Shown here piece by piece: positions 43,032-56,228 of a stretch of DNA of 64,000 bases (the stretch's first letter is position 1; each line of letters opens with the position of its first letter). The notes under the pieces are model-generated. The model was not told the origin of the DNA. It saw only the letters and a program-made list of their open reading frames with translations, and searched no databases. This DNA comes from Octopus vulgaris (Eukaryota). Made by a program: the position numbers and the translations under genes. The DNA lies in NCBI GenBank assembly GCA_951406725.2, contig OX597817.1:71548001-71612000 (forward strand), in the 5' to 3' direction.

Positions 43032-44284
43032 GATGCATGTACGAGGGTAAGTCAAAGATTATACGCACTCTTATTTCTCTAATTTATTAAAACAAAAACA
43101 GGGGTTGAATAATTATATCATCTTCCAACGTAATCTTGAATTTTAACCCCTGTCATGCCTTTCATCTAGAGAAACCAGACAGCCGACGAAACGGCCACGT
43201 TTACTCTGTAACACAAGAATGAACACTGGATCGGTTCAGGTCAAACCTCGATTACTTAAGACCATATGAATACCAGATCTTAGCATGCGAGCCTTGAAGA
43301 CAGTGTGGACAACCTAAAGGAAGTTTTGGCGAAATTGCAGCTAATTGCAACACTTGGTATAAAGTATATTATTTCATTAAACCGAGTTTTATTCTCCTAG
43401 CAAGAATTCTAAACCAGTATGATCGTCAGTAGAAAAATAAAAAATACTTCTTCCACTCTCCGCGCTGGCTGTGCATACATTGGAACATATTTGTTCTTTT
43501 GATAATGGCTATCATGGCTAGTTTCTGTTTTATTAATTAGTTGCGTTTTATTTATTTTATTTTATTTTATTTCATTTTGTATTTTCATCGACCTACTTCA
43601 CTGTTTATCTAAATCGCTTCTGAGACTCTGTTTGCTCGAAGTTAGTATCAAGCAATTCTTTTATCTGTATAGCGTTTACCATTGGCATTGATTAATTAGC
43701 TGGTAATCACCGATAGACCCAAGTGACTTATTCTTCATTCTTCATTGGGTTTGTTTGCAAAAGAAAAAGAAAAAAAAGCTTATTAAACGCACGCCTGCAA
43801 ATTTATCCACGAACATACTGTTTCGGCATTTTAGTTTACACACACATTTAGTGTATATGCATATATACACAAACACACGTGTGTGCACGCGCAACACACA
43901 CACACACACAAACACCCACACACACCTAATATATATATATATATAGATATATATAGATGCTTGTGTTTATGTTCAGTATAATAATAATAAAAAAAAAATT
44001 ACATTAATCTGATACTTTACCATATACTCTCGTAGAGTACAGATTTATCATTCTTAAACAAGGACATTATTGGCAGTGACTTCGAAGTTCCGCACAGCTA
44101 ACCCAAAATCGGGCGATGGTCTAGCTAGTAGAAACTTCCAAGTGAGTGTTAATAATATTCTTGCTCCAAAATAACAACAGCAAGACTTTTAAATATATAT
44201 ATATATATATAGGATATAATGGCACAACAAGGTACCAATTTTTACTGGAAAATAATACTATTGTATAGTAATAATATTTATAAT

Positions 44285-44328
<44 letters not shown>

Positions 44329-44329
44329 C

Positions 44330-44362
<33 letters not shown>

Positions 44363-44364
44363 CC

Positions 44365-44558
44365 GCGTGTGTATCGTTGGCGATTTTCTTTCTCCGTCTT
44401 CCCTTCCTTGGACATTTTCTTTTTTCTATATTTCTGACGAAGAGCTCCGCTCGAAAGATTAGATCCTCCTTCTTTCTTTCCTTTCCTGAGCGTCCAGTAA
44501 CATTATACTTGTTCCATGTCCTCATGTTGTTGTGTTTTCTCTTTGTTCAAGTTTGGAT

Positions 44559-44562
<4 letters not shown>
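44365..44562 (+). mobile_element. Hammerhead-family element, copy 3
   Basis: atcgttggcgattttc...hammerhead...cctgagcgtccagtaac...tttggattaac, then (TA)n. Confidence 0.75.
44430..44465 (+). ncRNA. Minimal hammerhead motif, core intact, stems III and I decayed
   Basis: AUUU-CUGACGA-A-GAGC(UCC)GCUC-GAAA-GAUUAGA. Confidence 0.6.
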
Positions 44563-44613
<51 letters not shown>

Positions 44614-44760
44614 CTTGAAGTTGAGGAGATAATGGTGTCATTGAGACCCAAAAGGTGTCAGGTAATGCTGAATAGGTGCTATAGACAGACCACAGTTAAG
44701 TTCCAGATTCGGTAATATTGCGAATAAAGGGTTCAACGTTTGTTCTATGTCAGTGTGTAT

Positions 44761-44912
44761 ATATAAGAATGTTTTGCGTAATGAGATAAAAATCTAAGGC
44801 TATATAGATATTAGAGCATTTATAGATAGAAAGACCGTCTATCTATAAATGGTCTAATATCTATACAGCCTTGGTTTTTTTTATTATCTCACTACGCAAA
44901 AAATTCTTATAT
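44761..44912. repeat. Long imperfect hairpin (~70-bp arms, 7-nt loop) inside a (TA)n-flanked insert
   Basis: ataagaatgttttgcgtaatgagataa...catttatagataga aagaccg tctatctataaatg...ttatctcactacgcaaaaaattcttat. Confidence 0.85.
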
Positions 44913-44928
44913 ATATATATACAGATAT

Positions 44929-44976
<48 letters not shown>

Positions 44977-45526
44977 GCAATTGCTGTTGATGTATATTTC
45001 CCATCTCTGACTTTCGTCGGTGTCATGAAGTCAAATGTCCTATTGTGTTTATTCTAGATGTATTAGTGTAGACATTAGTGAGCGTACGCACGCGAGCGCA
45101 AAAATCCTACGTACATCTATTTGCAGTTTTTAAAATAAATGGGATTATTGTAAGTTTCTAATTAAGAACTAAAAAAAAAAATTCGTATTTCTCTTTTTTG
45201 TTTAGAGATAAACTGACTTTATGAACGCACTTATTGATATGAACTTTCTTAATGTAGATTTCTTTTACAATTATTTGTTTGAGAAATTCCACTGTCGCCA
45301 TACTTGGACGTCGCTTTGAATGGTTTAGTCGATCAAATCACCCTCACCAGTACTTATTGACAAATCATCGTGTTACGTGGACGTAAACAAACCAATACAA
45401 GTTGTCAATCTGCTGCGAGGAAGAAACACAACACAAACACACACACATACATACATACATACGCACACACACACACATATATATATATATACATACATAC
45501 ATATATGTATATATATATATACATAC

Positions 45527-45585
<59 letters not shown>

Positions 45586-45733
45586 CACTCACACATATAT
45601 ATATACATACACACACATATATATATATATACATACATATATATATATGTATATATATATACACATACACACACACACATACATACATACATACATACAT
45701 ACATACATACATACATACATAAATATATATACA

Positions 45734-45942
45734 CAGGGTGTTCCAGAAGTCGCGCACCATTCTGGTTTTCATTTAAAATAATCAAAGCATTTTATTTTAT
45801 TATATTGTTTTGGCATGTTTTATTGTAGAGGGTGTTCAATTTGAGCATTTGTTACGATTAATTTCAATAAAGTGCTTTTGAAATGAATAAGGGAGTATCC
45901 TTTAAAAAAAGAAGGTTGGTGCGCAACTTCTGGGACACCCTG
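45734..45942. mobile_element. Tc1/mariner-type MITE
   Basis: TIRs cagggtgttccagaagtcgcgcacca / tggtgcgcaacttctgggacaccctg, TA on the right. Confidence 0.9.
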
Positions 45943-46044
45943 TATAATCATATCGAAGGGAAATGGAAATTAATAGAAATGTTCACCTCGAGTGGCCTAG
46001 CGTGTAAAGATTTAGTCCAAAGACTATATATTAGCCATAAAATA

Positions 46045-46187
46045 CAGTGTACATTTAAACACATAAGAGGAATCCACTCATGGAATTCCTCGCGGTTTTG
46101 GATTCCTGCGGTTTTGGAACCTAGGTGTTCTTTCTAGCGTGAGGAATCCCATGAGTGGATTCCTCTTATGTGTTTAAATGTGGACTG
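46045..46187. mobile_element. Short Tc1/pogo-type MITE with ~47-bp TIRs
   Basis: TA|cagtgtacatttaaacacataagaggaatccactcatggaattcctc ... gaggaatcccatgagtggattcctcttatgtgtttaaatgtggactg|TA. Confidence 0.8.
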
Positions 46188-46236
<49 letters not shown>

Positions 46237-46242
46237 TATATA

Positions 46243-46445
46243 GTTAAAAAAACAACGAAGAAAATCACATCAAAAAAGCAACAACGCGAGGACTTGGTTA
46301 CATGTAAGGTATTAACAGATGTTCAGAGAAGGAAAGGAAGATAGTTTTACCTTTCAAGCAAAGCTCTTCTTCAGAAACAGGAGACAGAGGAAAGTTCAAG
46401 AAAAAAGGAAGAAGGAGGGGAAAAAAAAATTGCCATCGATTCACA
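46243..46445 (-). mobile_element. Hammerhead-family element, copy 4
   Basis: Reverse complement is colinear with 44365-44562. Confidence 0.7.
46344..46378 (-). ncRNA. Minimal type I hammerhead motif
   Basis: GUUU-CUGAAGA-A-GAGC(UUU)GCUU-GAAAG-GUA-AAAC; core intact, C>G in stem III. Confidence 0.65.
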
Positions 46446-47133
46446 TATACATACACACATACCTATATTCGACAGGCTGCTTTTATTTTCCGTCTACCAA
46501 CTCCACTCACAAGGCTTTGGTTTACCTGGAGCTCAAGTAGATGACACCTGTCCAAGGTTCGGCGCAGTGGAACTGAACCCAAGGGCGCATGGTTCGAAAG
46601 GAAGCCTCCTAATCACATAGCTATGTTTGCGCCTACTGGTTCCTCAGTATTTCTAAATTCGCTACAATACAATTACTTTCAATTCGTAAATTTGTTAAAT
46701 ATCTTTTTTAACCTCATACGAAGTCTATGAAGAAATACTTTTCCATTCACTAGACCATCTTAAGTGTTCGATTTCATTAAAATGAAAATGGTTAAATTGT
46801 TTATAGATGTTGTAGCTCTTACTTTAAGACTGAAGAGTAGTATTTATATTTATTTATTGCTAAGATTAGACAGGAGTTTACAAGTTCTCTACTGTTATGG
46901 TCTGGCTTACGCAAAATACTTGTTGGATAAATCATTAGCTGCTTTTAGTGAAAATTCTGTAAATATATTTCATTCCACAAGACAATCAACTCGCTCAATT
47001 TATTTCTCCTTTCGTTTTGTAATGAATTTTAGGTGGAATACTAATGATTAATGAATTAAACCGACTGGTTTACGGAGTTTACTAGACACGGTGTTACATT
47101 CTGGGCACATTTGCATGTATATATGTATATGCG

Positions 47134-47185
<52 letters not shown>

Positions 47186-47257
47186 GTACACGAGCATGTA
47201 TATATGTAAAATTATTTCGCTCAAAATGAATGGTACTATTTATATTATATATTCTTT

Positions 47258-47465
47258 TCTACTCTAGGCACAAAGCCCGAAATTTTGGGGGAGAGGCCAG
47301 TCAATTAGATCGATCCTAGTGCGCAACTGTTACTTAATTTATCCACCCCGGAAAGATGAAAGGCAAAGTCGACCTCGGTGGAGTTTGAACTCAGAACATG
47401 AGGACAGATGAAATACCACTAAGAATTTCGCCCGGCGTGCTAACGTTTCTGTCAGCCCACCGCCT
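47258..47465 (-). mobile_element. SINE family A
   Basis: ggcacaaagcccgaaatt...gaaaggcaaagtcgacctcgg...cccggcgtgctaacgtttctg. Confidence 0.9.
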
Positions 47466-47544
47466 TATTTATATTATATATTAATAAAAGTATGTTTGAG
47501 TACATATAAATCCATAAATATATATATATAAATATATATTTATA

Positions 47545-47640
<96 letters not shown>

Positions 47641-47845
47641 CATCATCGTCATTTAACGCCTTCCATGCTAGCATGGGTGGGACGGTTTCACAAGAACCGG
47701 CCAGGCCGAAGCCTGCACCAGATTTCTGTGACTGTTTTAGTAGGAATTTTACAGCTGGATGCCCTTCCTAACACCAACCACATACATACATACATGCATG
47801 CATGCATACATATATACATACATACATACGTACATATATATATTT

Positions 47846-48307
47846 ATATGAAAAAATGCATTGTAAACACGACAGATAAAAATGTATATGTATATTGAGG
47901 GCACAACCGGAGAGAAGACAGACACAGGGACCCTAATTCTTCATCAGTTATCATCGAAAATGGTAATACTCAATTTCGCACCATTAATGATAAAACTGAG
48001 AACCTTCCATATTGGTGATGCCTGGGAAAGTTGTAGAGAATGTCGGGCTTCAAGCAAACAAAACAACATAGAGTGGACACACGAAAGTAAAAAAAAAATG
48101 TGATTTAAGACGATGGACAAAGATGAAGTAAATAGGAAAAGAGCAAAATACAGCCTTAGGGCCAAAAAGACAAGAATCATGGGTAACGCTTAGAAGAAAT
48201 TCTAAAGGATATGGAAGTAGCAAAAGAGAGATTTTTTTGCGACCGAATGGCTGGGCGGCCGGTGTGAGAAAGGGAGAGAAAGTAGGAAAGCTGGCCACGG
48301 GTCATAA

Positions 48308-48362
<55 letters not shown>

Positions 48363-48701
48363 TTACTGTTAAAAAAGTCGAGTGTGTGCGCATAGCGTTA
48401 CTTAATAAATGAAAAAAATACATTGTAAATAAACAACGACAGATATACGTATATGGAGGATACAACTAGATGGGAGACAAACACAGAAGGTCCTTAATTT
48501 TTCATCAGTTATCAACCAAAACGGTAACACTCAGTTTCGCACCGTTAATGATTACTGATGAAGAATGTGTTTGTCTCCCGTCCGGTTGTACCTTCAATAC
48601 ACGTGTAGGTTTTTTTTATTTGTCTTTGTTTATTTACAATGCATTTTTTTCATTTATTAAGTAACGGTACGCACATACACCCGATTTTTTAAACAGTAAG
48701 T
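47846..48701. repeat. (TA)n-associated direct plus inverted repeat structure (pLTR-like)
   Basis: Inverted arms ~48361-48514 / 48549-48701; a third partial direct copy at ~47846-47995. Confidence 0.8.
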
Positions 48702-49359
48702 TTATATGACAAGCTGCACAATGTTAATGATCATAGCATGTAACATTCGCTGATTCAATGCTGTTTTCTATAAATATGAATCATATAGAAGGATAATAAT
48801 AGGTGTAGTTACTTCAGTAGGAAATAGGAATAATATATGCACCAAAATATATTGGTTTCTTGCATTGGCAGAAGCAGCAGCACTTGCAGTAGCAATAGCA
48901 ACAGTAGCAACAACTAGATAGTAATAAAGACATGAGCACAAATAACTTTTAGGGAAACTGGTATGTATTTTATGGGCTCTGGAGGGATATTGAAATGTAG
49001 GTAAATGAACAGAAAAGATAGTATACAAGATTGCTTTGTGTGCCACCGAGATTTGTGATATGAATGGACAAAGAAAAGATGAGGTATCGTTGTTTTTCGT
49101 GAGCCATGGCCCAAATGCTTGCTACACAGTAGAATTTCATGAAGAAATCCGAGGGTCAGGAATTAGTTCAGAATTTTAAAAATATAGGGGACAACTTTAA
49201 ATACTTACGGGCCCAAGGTTTCTGCCAGGCCTGGCGCTTTCTGAAAATTATTGCGTTCATGCTGTTTTATTTTGTATACAAAAATAGCAACATGAACGCA
49301 ATAATGTTCGGAAAGCGCCAGATCAGCTCCGATCCAGAGAGCCTATCCTTTATTTTTAT

Positions 49360-49750
49360 TTCTTTCAGTCATTAGACTGCAGTCATGTTGGGGCCCTGCT
49401 TTGAAGAATTTTTGGTCGAACATATCGGCCCCAGTACGTATAGTTTTTAAAGCTTGGTACTTTTCTATCGTTTATTTTGTCCAACCGCTATGTTACGGGG
49501 ACGTAAACACACCAACTTGTTGTCAAGCGGTGCTGGGGGACAAATACAACACACACACACACGCACAACATACACGCACAAACACAGATATATGACGTTT
49601 TTCTTCTCAGTTTCTGTCTATAAAATCTACTTACAAGGCTCTGGTCGGTTCGAGGCTATAGTAGAAGATATTTACCCAAGGAAGCACACAATAGGATTGA
49701 ATCCGGAACCATGTGGTTGGAAAGCAAACTTCTTGTCACACAGCCACGGT
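49360..49750 (-). mobile_element. SINE family B
   Basis: tttcagtcattagactgcagtcatg...ttacggggacgtaaacacacc...ggaaccatgtggttgg...cacacagccac. Confidence 0.85.
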
Positions 49751-50849
49751 TGCTCGCATGATAAAAGTTGTTTTCGTCGTGGCCACTCATCTTATTAATG
49801 GCATGTATGATTGCAATAGATGGTTGGATTAACTCCTGTCTTAGCCTAAAGGTTTAAACTGTTTCGTAATGAGTTTTCAAGCAGGTTCTTAAAATTTTAT
49901 AACCAGATGGTTTCAAAAAAATCAATATAGGTAGAATTTTGACGCGGTTGAGGTGGTGGGATCTACATCGTTAACGGGTAGGCTTGCTTTTTGGCTTCTA
50001 TACTTATTAAATGTATAGTTAGTGTTATACTAGTACAAAATAGAAAGACATCTATATTAGAGTAACAGAAAATAAACAACATAACATTAAGCAGGTAGCG
50101 ACAAATCTAGTACTCCAGTAGAGAGAGACGGAGAGAGACAACCAGAAAGATGTGAGAAAGAGTGAAGAATGTAATATTGCAGCATTCATGGATTTTCCAA
50201 AATCAATTAGAAGACCCACAAATGTAACAAATGTAATAATTATTTTGTAACAAATAAAATGCAAACGAAATAAATGATTTCAAGGAGAGTTCGAAACTGG
50301 CTTGTGTACTCGATTTTTGACGATGTTTATTTCTAATCTACAAAGCTAGACAGCAAAAAAAAAAAAAATGTTTATTGAGAAACAAAAACAATAAAAATAA
50401 CAAAAACAAAATTGTAATAACAAAATATAGTAAAGAAAGGAAACTAACATTTTTATAGCATCTGAAGATGAACGATGAACATGACGGATCGAGGTATGAA
50501 GATCATGTATGTATGTATGTATGTATGTATGTATGTATGTATGTATGTATGTATGTATGTATGTATGTATGTATGTATGTATGTGTTCGCATTTATGTTA
50601 ATATTTATATACTTATACTCACATACGCATATACGTACATATATACATATATACATATAATTGTGTATATGATATATATACATTACATCTATGTTTATAT
50701 ATACAGGCACATATATTAATATGTACGTATATGTAAAATTATATATACATATACATGTATATTAGAATATATATATATGTATATGTGTATATATATGTAT
50801 ATACATTCAATGCCTATATTTGCTAGTATTTGCATGTGAGTGTCTATAG

Positions 50850-50883
<34 letters not shown>

Positions 50884-51975
50884 ATAATGTGTTTTATCAA
50901 TAGAATTAGTGTTATGTCTTTATGTATATATAGTCGTATGTGTATAAATTAGCAAATGTGTGTACGTGCTGTGGCTACAGAATAGTAATACAGAAAATAG
51001 TTTAAACATTTCATAATATTCGTAATATCTGTTGGTTTTAATTATTATCCTAATCTCGGTACTGTCTTCCTTCCTCTAACCTTAAGATTTGAAGTCTCAT
51101 CTGAATGAATTGAAATGTATGAGCCCAGATACATGAATCAAAAGTCCTAGTTTTCTTTAAACCTTTTTATTTCATGACCCAATCACAAGAGGAAATTTAG
51201 CATCCCTGGCTCTTTTATCAGGTATCCGAGACTGATGAGAGGATGGAAAGGAGTTATCCTGAAACAGGAAACACGACTCGAATGCTTACAAGAGAATGAA
51301 TTCCGCGCTAAGTGACAGATTAATTTTACATACGCATGCCCAAACATATATCCCTTCGCCATATAAACAGATAGACACAGAGTCGCAAACATACTTTCTT
51401 TCATGCAAATATATGATTTACTATGTTTAAAATATTTATTTTTAATTCGGACATTTGGTCAAATTTATAGAGCTAAGGATACTGTTCATTTCATAGGTTT
51501 CTCTGTATGTGACCGACACCTAGAAGATTGACTCATATATTGGGACTGGAATCAGAAAATTAAGGGAGGTAACTAAGTATTCCATGGCATTTGGTCCGGC
51601 GCACAGACGTTTCTGTCACTCCATCGATCAACTACATGAGATTAAATATATTTCATCTTTATGTCCTAGTGACCACACACACACCCGTGCGCGCACACAC
51701 AATCACACACATGCATACATACAAATACTCAGGCATACACACGCACACAGACTAATGAATACACCAGTATTCTGCCCCTCTTTCTCATCTCTTTTTACCT
51801 CTCTTTTACGCACATACTTTAAAGCGTATATTCAAATATCTCACATTCAAAACTAATAGTGACAGTATGTTCGTCTGAATAAGTCAACAGCCTAGCTATG
51901 ATGTATAATATTCTCATTGACACCTTAACATTTCTTGTCAAATGAAAATACTACTTTCTCCCCTTCTTTATTTCG

Positions 51976-52353
51976 TCAGAGCTCACTACAGTTCTCTGTT
52001 TCCAGGATCCTGCTCAGCGGGATACTCTCTGAAGGGAAAGCATTTCCATCAATCAACGACTCACAATCTTGTCTTACAGAGTTTTTCTGTCCTCGGCATT
52101 CTGATTCGTAAAGTCCGTTACGGGATTTATCCGACCGCAAAGAGGAAGTGCAAATCCGCTGTGGACTCACGAATTGGTTTGCCTCTTGTAATTGGGAAGT
52201 GACTTCCGTGTCATACGAATGGCATGGATTCATCGATGTGAATGATCTCTTCCGGCGATTTGTGAACGTTTGCTCCGTTTGCGATCGAAGACTCAAATTT
52301 AGTCGACGCCGCTCCAAGAAACGATTGAAGTTCTGTCGAATAGCAGTATGAAC
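51976..52353 (-). CDS. Terminal coding exon (helix 8 plus C-tail, 125 aa) of a class B1 secretin-family GPCR, CRF/DH44-receptor-like
   Basis: Strong acceptor ttttatcttttcag|GTT; phase 0, open to TGA: VHTAIRQNFNRFLERRRL...ETENCSEL*. Resembles helix 8 of CRF receptors (E|VRSAIRKRWHRW) and joins in frame to exon 58994-59035. Confidence 0.88.
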   Translation of the reverse strand, partial: VHTAIRQNFNRFLERRRLNLSLRSQTEQTFTNRRKRSFTSMNPCHSYDTEVTSQLQEANQFVSPQRICTSSLRSDKSRNGLYESECRGQKNSVRQDCESLIDGNAFPSESIPLSRILETENCSEL

Positions 52354-52379
52354 CTGAAAAGATAAAAAACATAAAAAAT

Positions 52380-52426
<47 letters not shown>

Positions 52427-52432
52427 TACTTA

Positions 52433-52498
<66 letters not shown>

Positions 52499-52871
52499 GG
52501 CAGCGAAATGATAGAATCTTTAGCACACCGGGCAAAATGTTTAGCGGTATTTCGCGTGTCTTTACGTTCTGAGTTGATGCCGACTTTGCCTTTCTGCCTG
52601 TGTTCATGTTCCGTCGTAGTCAAGGTTGACTATTACAGAAGAGTCCACATCACTCTCTCACTCTTTCACTCCCTCACCCCTCTCTATCTCACAGGTATCA
52701 AGACCATAGTGATATCTGCTAGGCGGCGGATGATGGAAATGCATGGTTAAAATTCTTGTTGCTTGTGAATCGTTTATATCATGGGGTCATTGGTAGTCTG
52801 ATTTAGGTATGCGTATGTGTGTGTGTTTGTGTGTGTATGCATGCATGTATCTTTGTATGTATGTATGTATC

Positions 52872-53930
52872 TATTTTGGGAACTGTTTTGGGTCCGCTAC
52901 TCTTCATAATTTATGTAAACGACCTTTCCAGTGTCGTACATCACTGCAAAGTGAAAATATTCGCTGAAGACACTAAGCTCCAGCAAATCGTCAATGAAGA
53001 AGCAGACCGAACTCAACTCCAGTCTGACCTATATGCTGTGAGTCAATGGGCAGACAGAAACAAAATGCAACTGAATGAGGGAAAATTTGAGCTGATGCAT
53101 TTTGGAAGAAATTCCTCACTAAAACAACCATACTCTCTTCCTTCAGGGGAACCGCTCACAGCCTCTAACAATATCAGAGACCTGGGTGTAATTGTTGATG
53201 ACGATCTCAGTTGGAGTGCACACATCAACAAGAAGGTCGATACAGCTCGTAGGATGAGTTCCTGGATCTTAAGAACTTTCCGGTCCAGAGAACAAGGTGT
53301 CATCATACCACTTTTTTCATCCTTTGTACGGCCACACCTTGAATACTGCTGCCCACTGTGGTCTCCTCACACAAGACAAAACATCTCCAGAATTGAGTCA
53401 CCCCAGAGGGCTCTCACTAAACAAATTGAAGGCATGGCTGCTCTCGACTATTGGGATCGCCTTAAAGCCTTGAAACTTTACTCCCTCCAGCGTCGCCGTG
53501 AGCGGTACATCATTTGTACGATGTGGAAAATATACCGCCAACTTTCCCCAAACGACCTAAACATTAGCTTCAAGGTTCATCCGAGACTTGGACCACGGGC
53601 TATACGTCCCCTGCCAAATTCAAGATCACAACATACATGTACACTGCAACATAATTTCTTTTCCTCAACAGGCCCTGCCCTATTTAACATTGTCCCGAGG
53701 GAGATCAAAGAGGAAAAGGATCCCATCAACTTCAAACAGAGTCTGGATAGATTCCTTCAAAGAATACCAGACAAGCCACCCATAATTGGATACAACTCAC
53801 CCAACAAGAACTCACTACTTGAACAAAACTTGACTTAAACAGGATTCGAATAATCCTATCAGGTGGTGCTATTAAGTTAGACATGGCCTGGACCAATCTC
53901 TGGTCGAAACATATCTAAGTCTTATCTAAG
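52872..53930 (+). mobile_element. 5'-truncated CR1/L2-group LINE (second subfamily), antisense in the GPCR intron
   Basis: LGTVLGPLLFIIYVNDL...IFAEDTKL...RDLGV...RPHLEYCCPLWSP...LYSLQRRRER, open to TAA at 53838; 3'UTR ggtggtgc...catggcctggaccaatctctggtcgaaac, then (tatctaagt) x2 and (TA)n. Confidence 0.95.
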
Positions 53931-54075
53931 TTTTATATATATATATATATATAGGGAGAGAGAGAGAGATAAATAAAGATTTAGATAAGTATCTTTTGTT
54001 AGATTGCATTGAAATTTTAGTGTGTGTGTTTTTGTTTGTGTGTGTATGTATGTATGAAGGTATGTATGTACTACG

Positions 54076-54185
<110 letters not shown>

Positions 54186-54354
54186 GCATATATGTATGCG
54201 CGCACGCGTTTGTAAGTGTGTGAATTTGTAGAATAAGATGCAGAATCAAAAAAACCTGTGACTATCACCGAACATGTTCCTCCACCGAACATTGTTATCA
54301 GACCACTTAGCAATGTAATACAGAGCTAGCTAGCTAGATAGATAGATAGGTATC

Positions 54355-54720
54355 TTTAACTTGTTAGACTGTAACCACGCTGGGGCACTGCATTGAAAGT
54401 TTTAGTTGAACAAATCGATTCCAGTATTTATTCTTAAAGTCTGCTATTTATTGTATAAATCTATTTTTGCCGAGCCGCTAATTTACGGGGACGTAAGGAA
54501 ACCAACACCGACTTGTCAAGAGATGTTGCGGGACAAACACAAACATAAAGACACACAGATATACATATAAAACGGGCTTCAATCATTTCTGTATACCGAA
54601 TCCACAAGATTTTGGTCGCCCCGGGTCTATAGTGGAAGCCACTAGGCTAAGGTAGACCCAGTGGCACTGAACCCGGATCCATGTTATTGGGAAGCAAATT
54701 TCTTGCCACACAGCCAAACC
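54355..54720 (-). mobile_element. SINE family B, diverged
   Basis: gctggggcac...ttacggggacgtaa...aaacgggcttc...ccacacagcc. Confidence 0.8.
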
Positions 54721-54792
54721 GACAATTCGTACACGCACATATAAATAATAAAATTTCAGGATGTAACGGAGATGAATAGGTTTATTGATAAG

Positions 54793-55010
54793 TCGGCGAG
54801 CTGGCAGAAAAGTTAGCACCCCGGGCGAAATGCTTAGCGGTATTTCGTCTGCCGTTACGTTCTGATTTCAAATTCCACCGAGGTCGTCTTTGCCTTTCAT
54901 TCTTTCGGGGTCGGTAAATTAAGTACCAGTTGCATACTGGGGTCGATCTAATCGACAGGCCCTCCCCCACCAAACAAAACTTCGGCCCTTGTGCCTAGAT
55001 AAGAAAATAA
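54793..55010 (+). mobile_element. SINE family A
   Basis: cggcgagctggcagaaaagttagcaccccgggcgaaatgcttagcgg... Confidence 0.9.
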
Positions 55011-55205
55011 TTTCATTCATCTCGCATACAGACGCACGCACGCATACATTATTTATATATATATATATATACGCTCATATAATTCATTAATGCACAAAAC
55101 TGGCTGTCAATTCTGTCTTCGTATTCCAAATTATAGGCCATGTATAAAATATAGATGTAATGAAATACATATGTATAGACCCCATACATACATGTATAAA
55201 TACAC

Positions 55206-55253
<48 letters not shown>

Positions 55254-55404
55254 CATATATATATACAGTGGCTCGGGAACGAAATTTGCTTAGGGGGTGC
55301 AAACCCGGATTCAAAACTTTTTGGCGAAAAAAGTGGATTTTTTTCTATGTTAAAATCAATACAAATGCAGGTATAATAATAATTTTTATCATTATGAGGC
55401 TCGG

Positions 55405-55645
55405 CCGAAATATTCCTCTTACTGTCTACACAATTGCACCAGTGTTGCAGTGCTTGGATCGCATTGGTGAAGAAGCTACCCTGTTGGTCAAATAAGTCAC
55501 CTACAGCAGATAAGACGTCACCATCACATCGATACTGCTGCCTAGCCAAGTGTTTTTTAGTGTTGGGAAACAGACGATAGTCATATGGAAACAAATCATT
55601 AAAATAAGATGGGTGATCAACGAGGTCAAGCCAGTCACGCAAACA
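55405..55645 (-). mobile_element. Mariner transposase C-terminal remnant
   Basis: LVDHPSYFNDLFPYDYRLFPNTKKHLARQQY...FFTNAIQALQHW (cf. HPPYSPDLAPSDYHLF...GIxxLxxRW). Confidence 0.85.
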
Positions 55646-55797
55646 GCAATTGAAACAAGACGCCCTTCATCAGTTTTTCTGGGTGTTTGGTTTTGATAGC
55701 TTATCGTAACTACCTTAGTAAGTTAGCATAGAACTCTCCATTAATGTTGTGATTATATTGAAGAGAGTCAGTAAACACAACTCAAGGTAATCCAACG

Positions 55798-55970
55798 ATT
55801 TCCTGGAGAAGTGCAAGTATTTTCTGGAAAAGTCCAAGGATGGGGTTTCCTGGAAAATTCGAGAGTTTCCGGACCGATGACTTCCTGTCCACAAACACTT
55901 CTGGACTCAGGATTTCCCAGAAAACTCCAAGGGATTCTTGGAAAAATCAAAGAAATTCCTGGAAAAGTTC
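55798..55970. repeat. Degenerate ~21-bp minisatellite built on TTCNNNGAA
   Basis: ttcctggaa 55847, ttcccagaa 55914, ttcttggaa 55935, ttcctggaa 55956, plus near-matches at ~55800 and ~55821. Confidence 0.7.
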
Positions 55971-56158
55971 ACGGATGAGTGCTTCCTTGGGAAAATATTT
56001 CCTGCTATAGCCTCGAACCGACCGGAGCTTTGTGGGTGGATTTTATAGACAGAAACTGAAATGCATGTATGTGTGTATGTATGAGACATTTTAGCGATGG
56101 GCAAAGCAACAGCGAGATGTTTCTCAGAGTGAAACGTGTTTAAGAACTGGTCTTGTTC

Positions 56159-56228
<70 letters not shown>

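Noticed and set aside
52819-53838. 339-aa ORF as a host gene
   Set aside because: It is a truncated LINE RT whose start lies in a microsatellite, and the catalytic motif is mutated (FAED).
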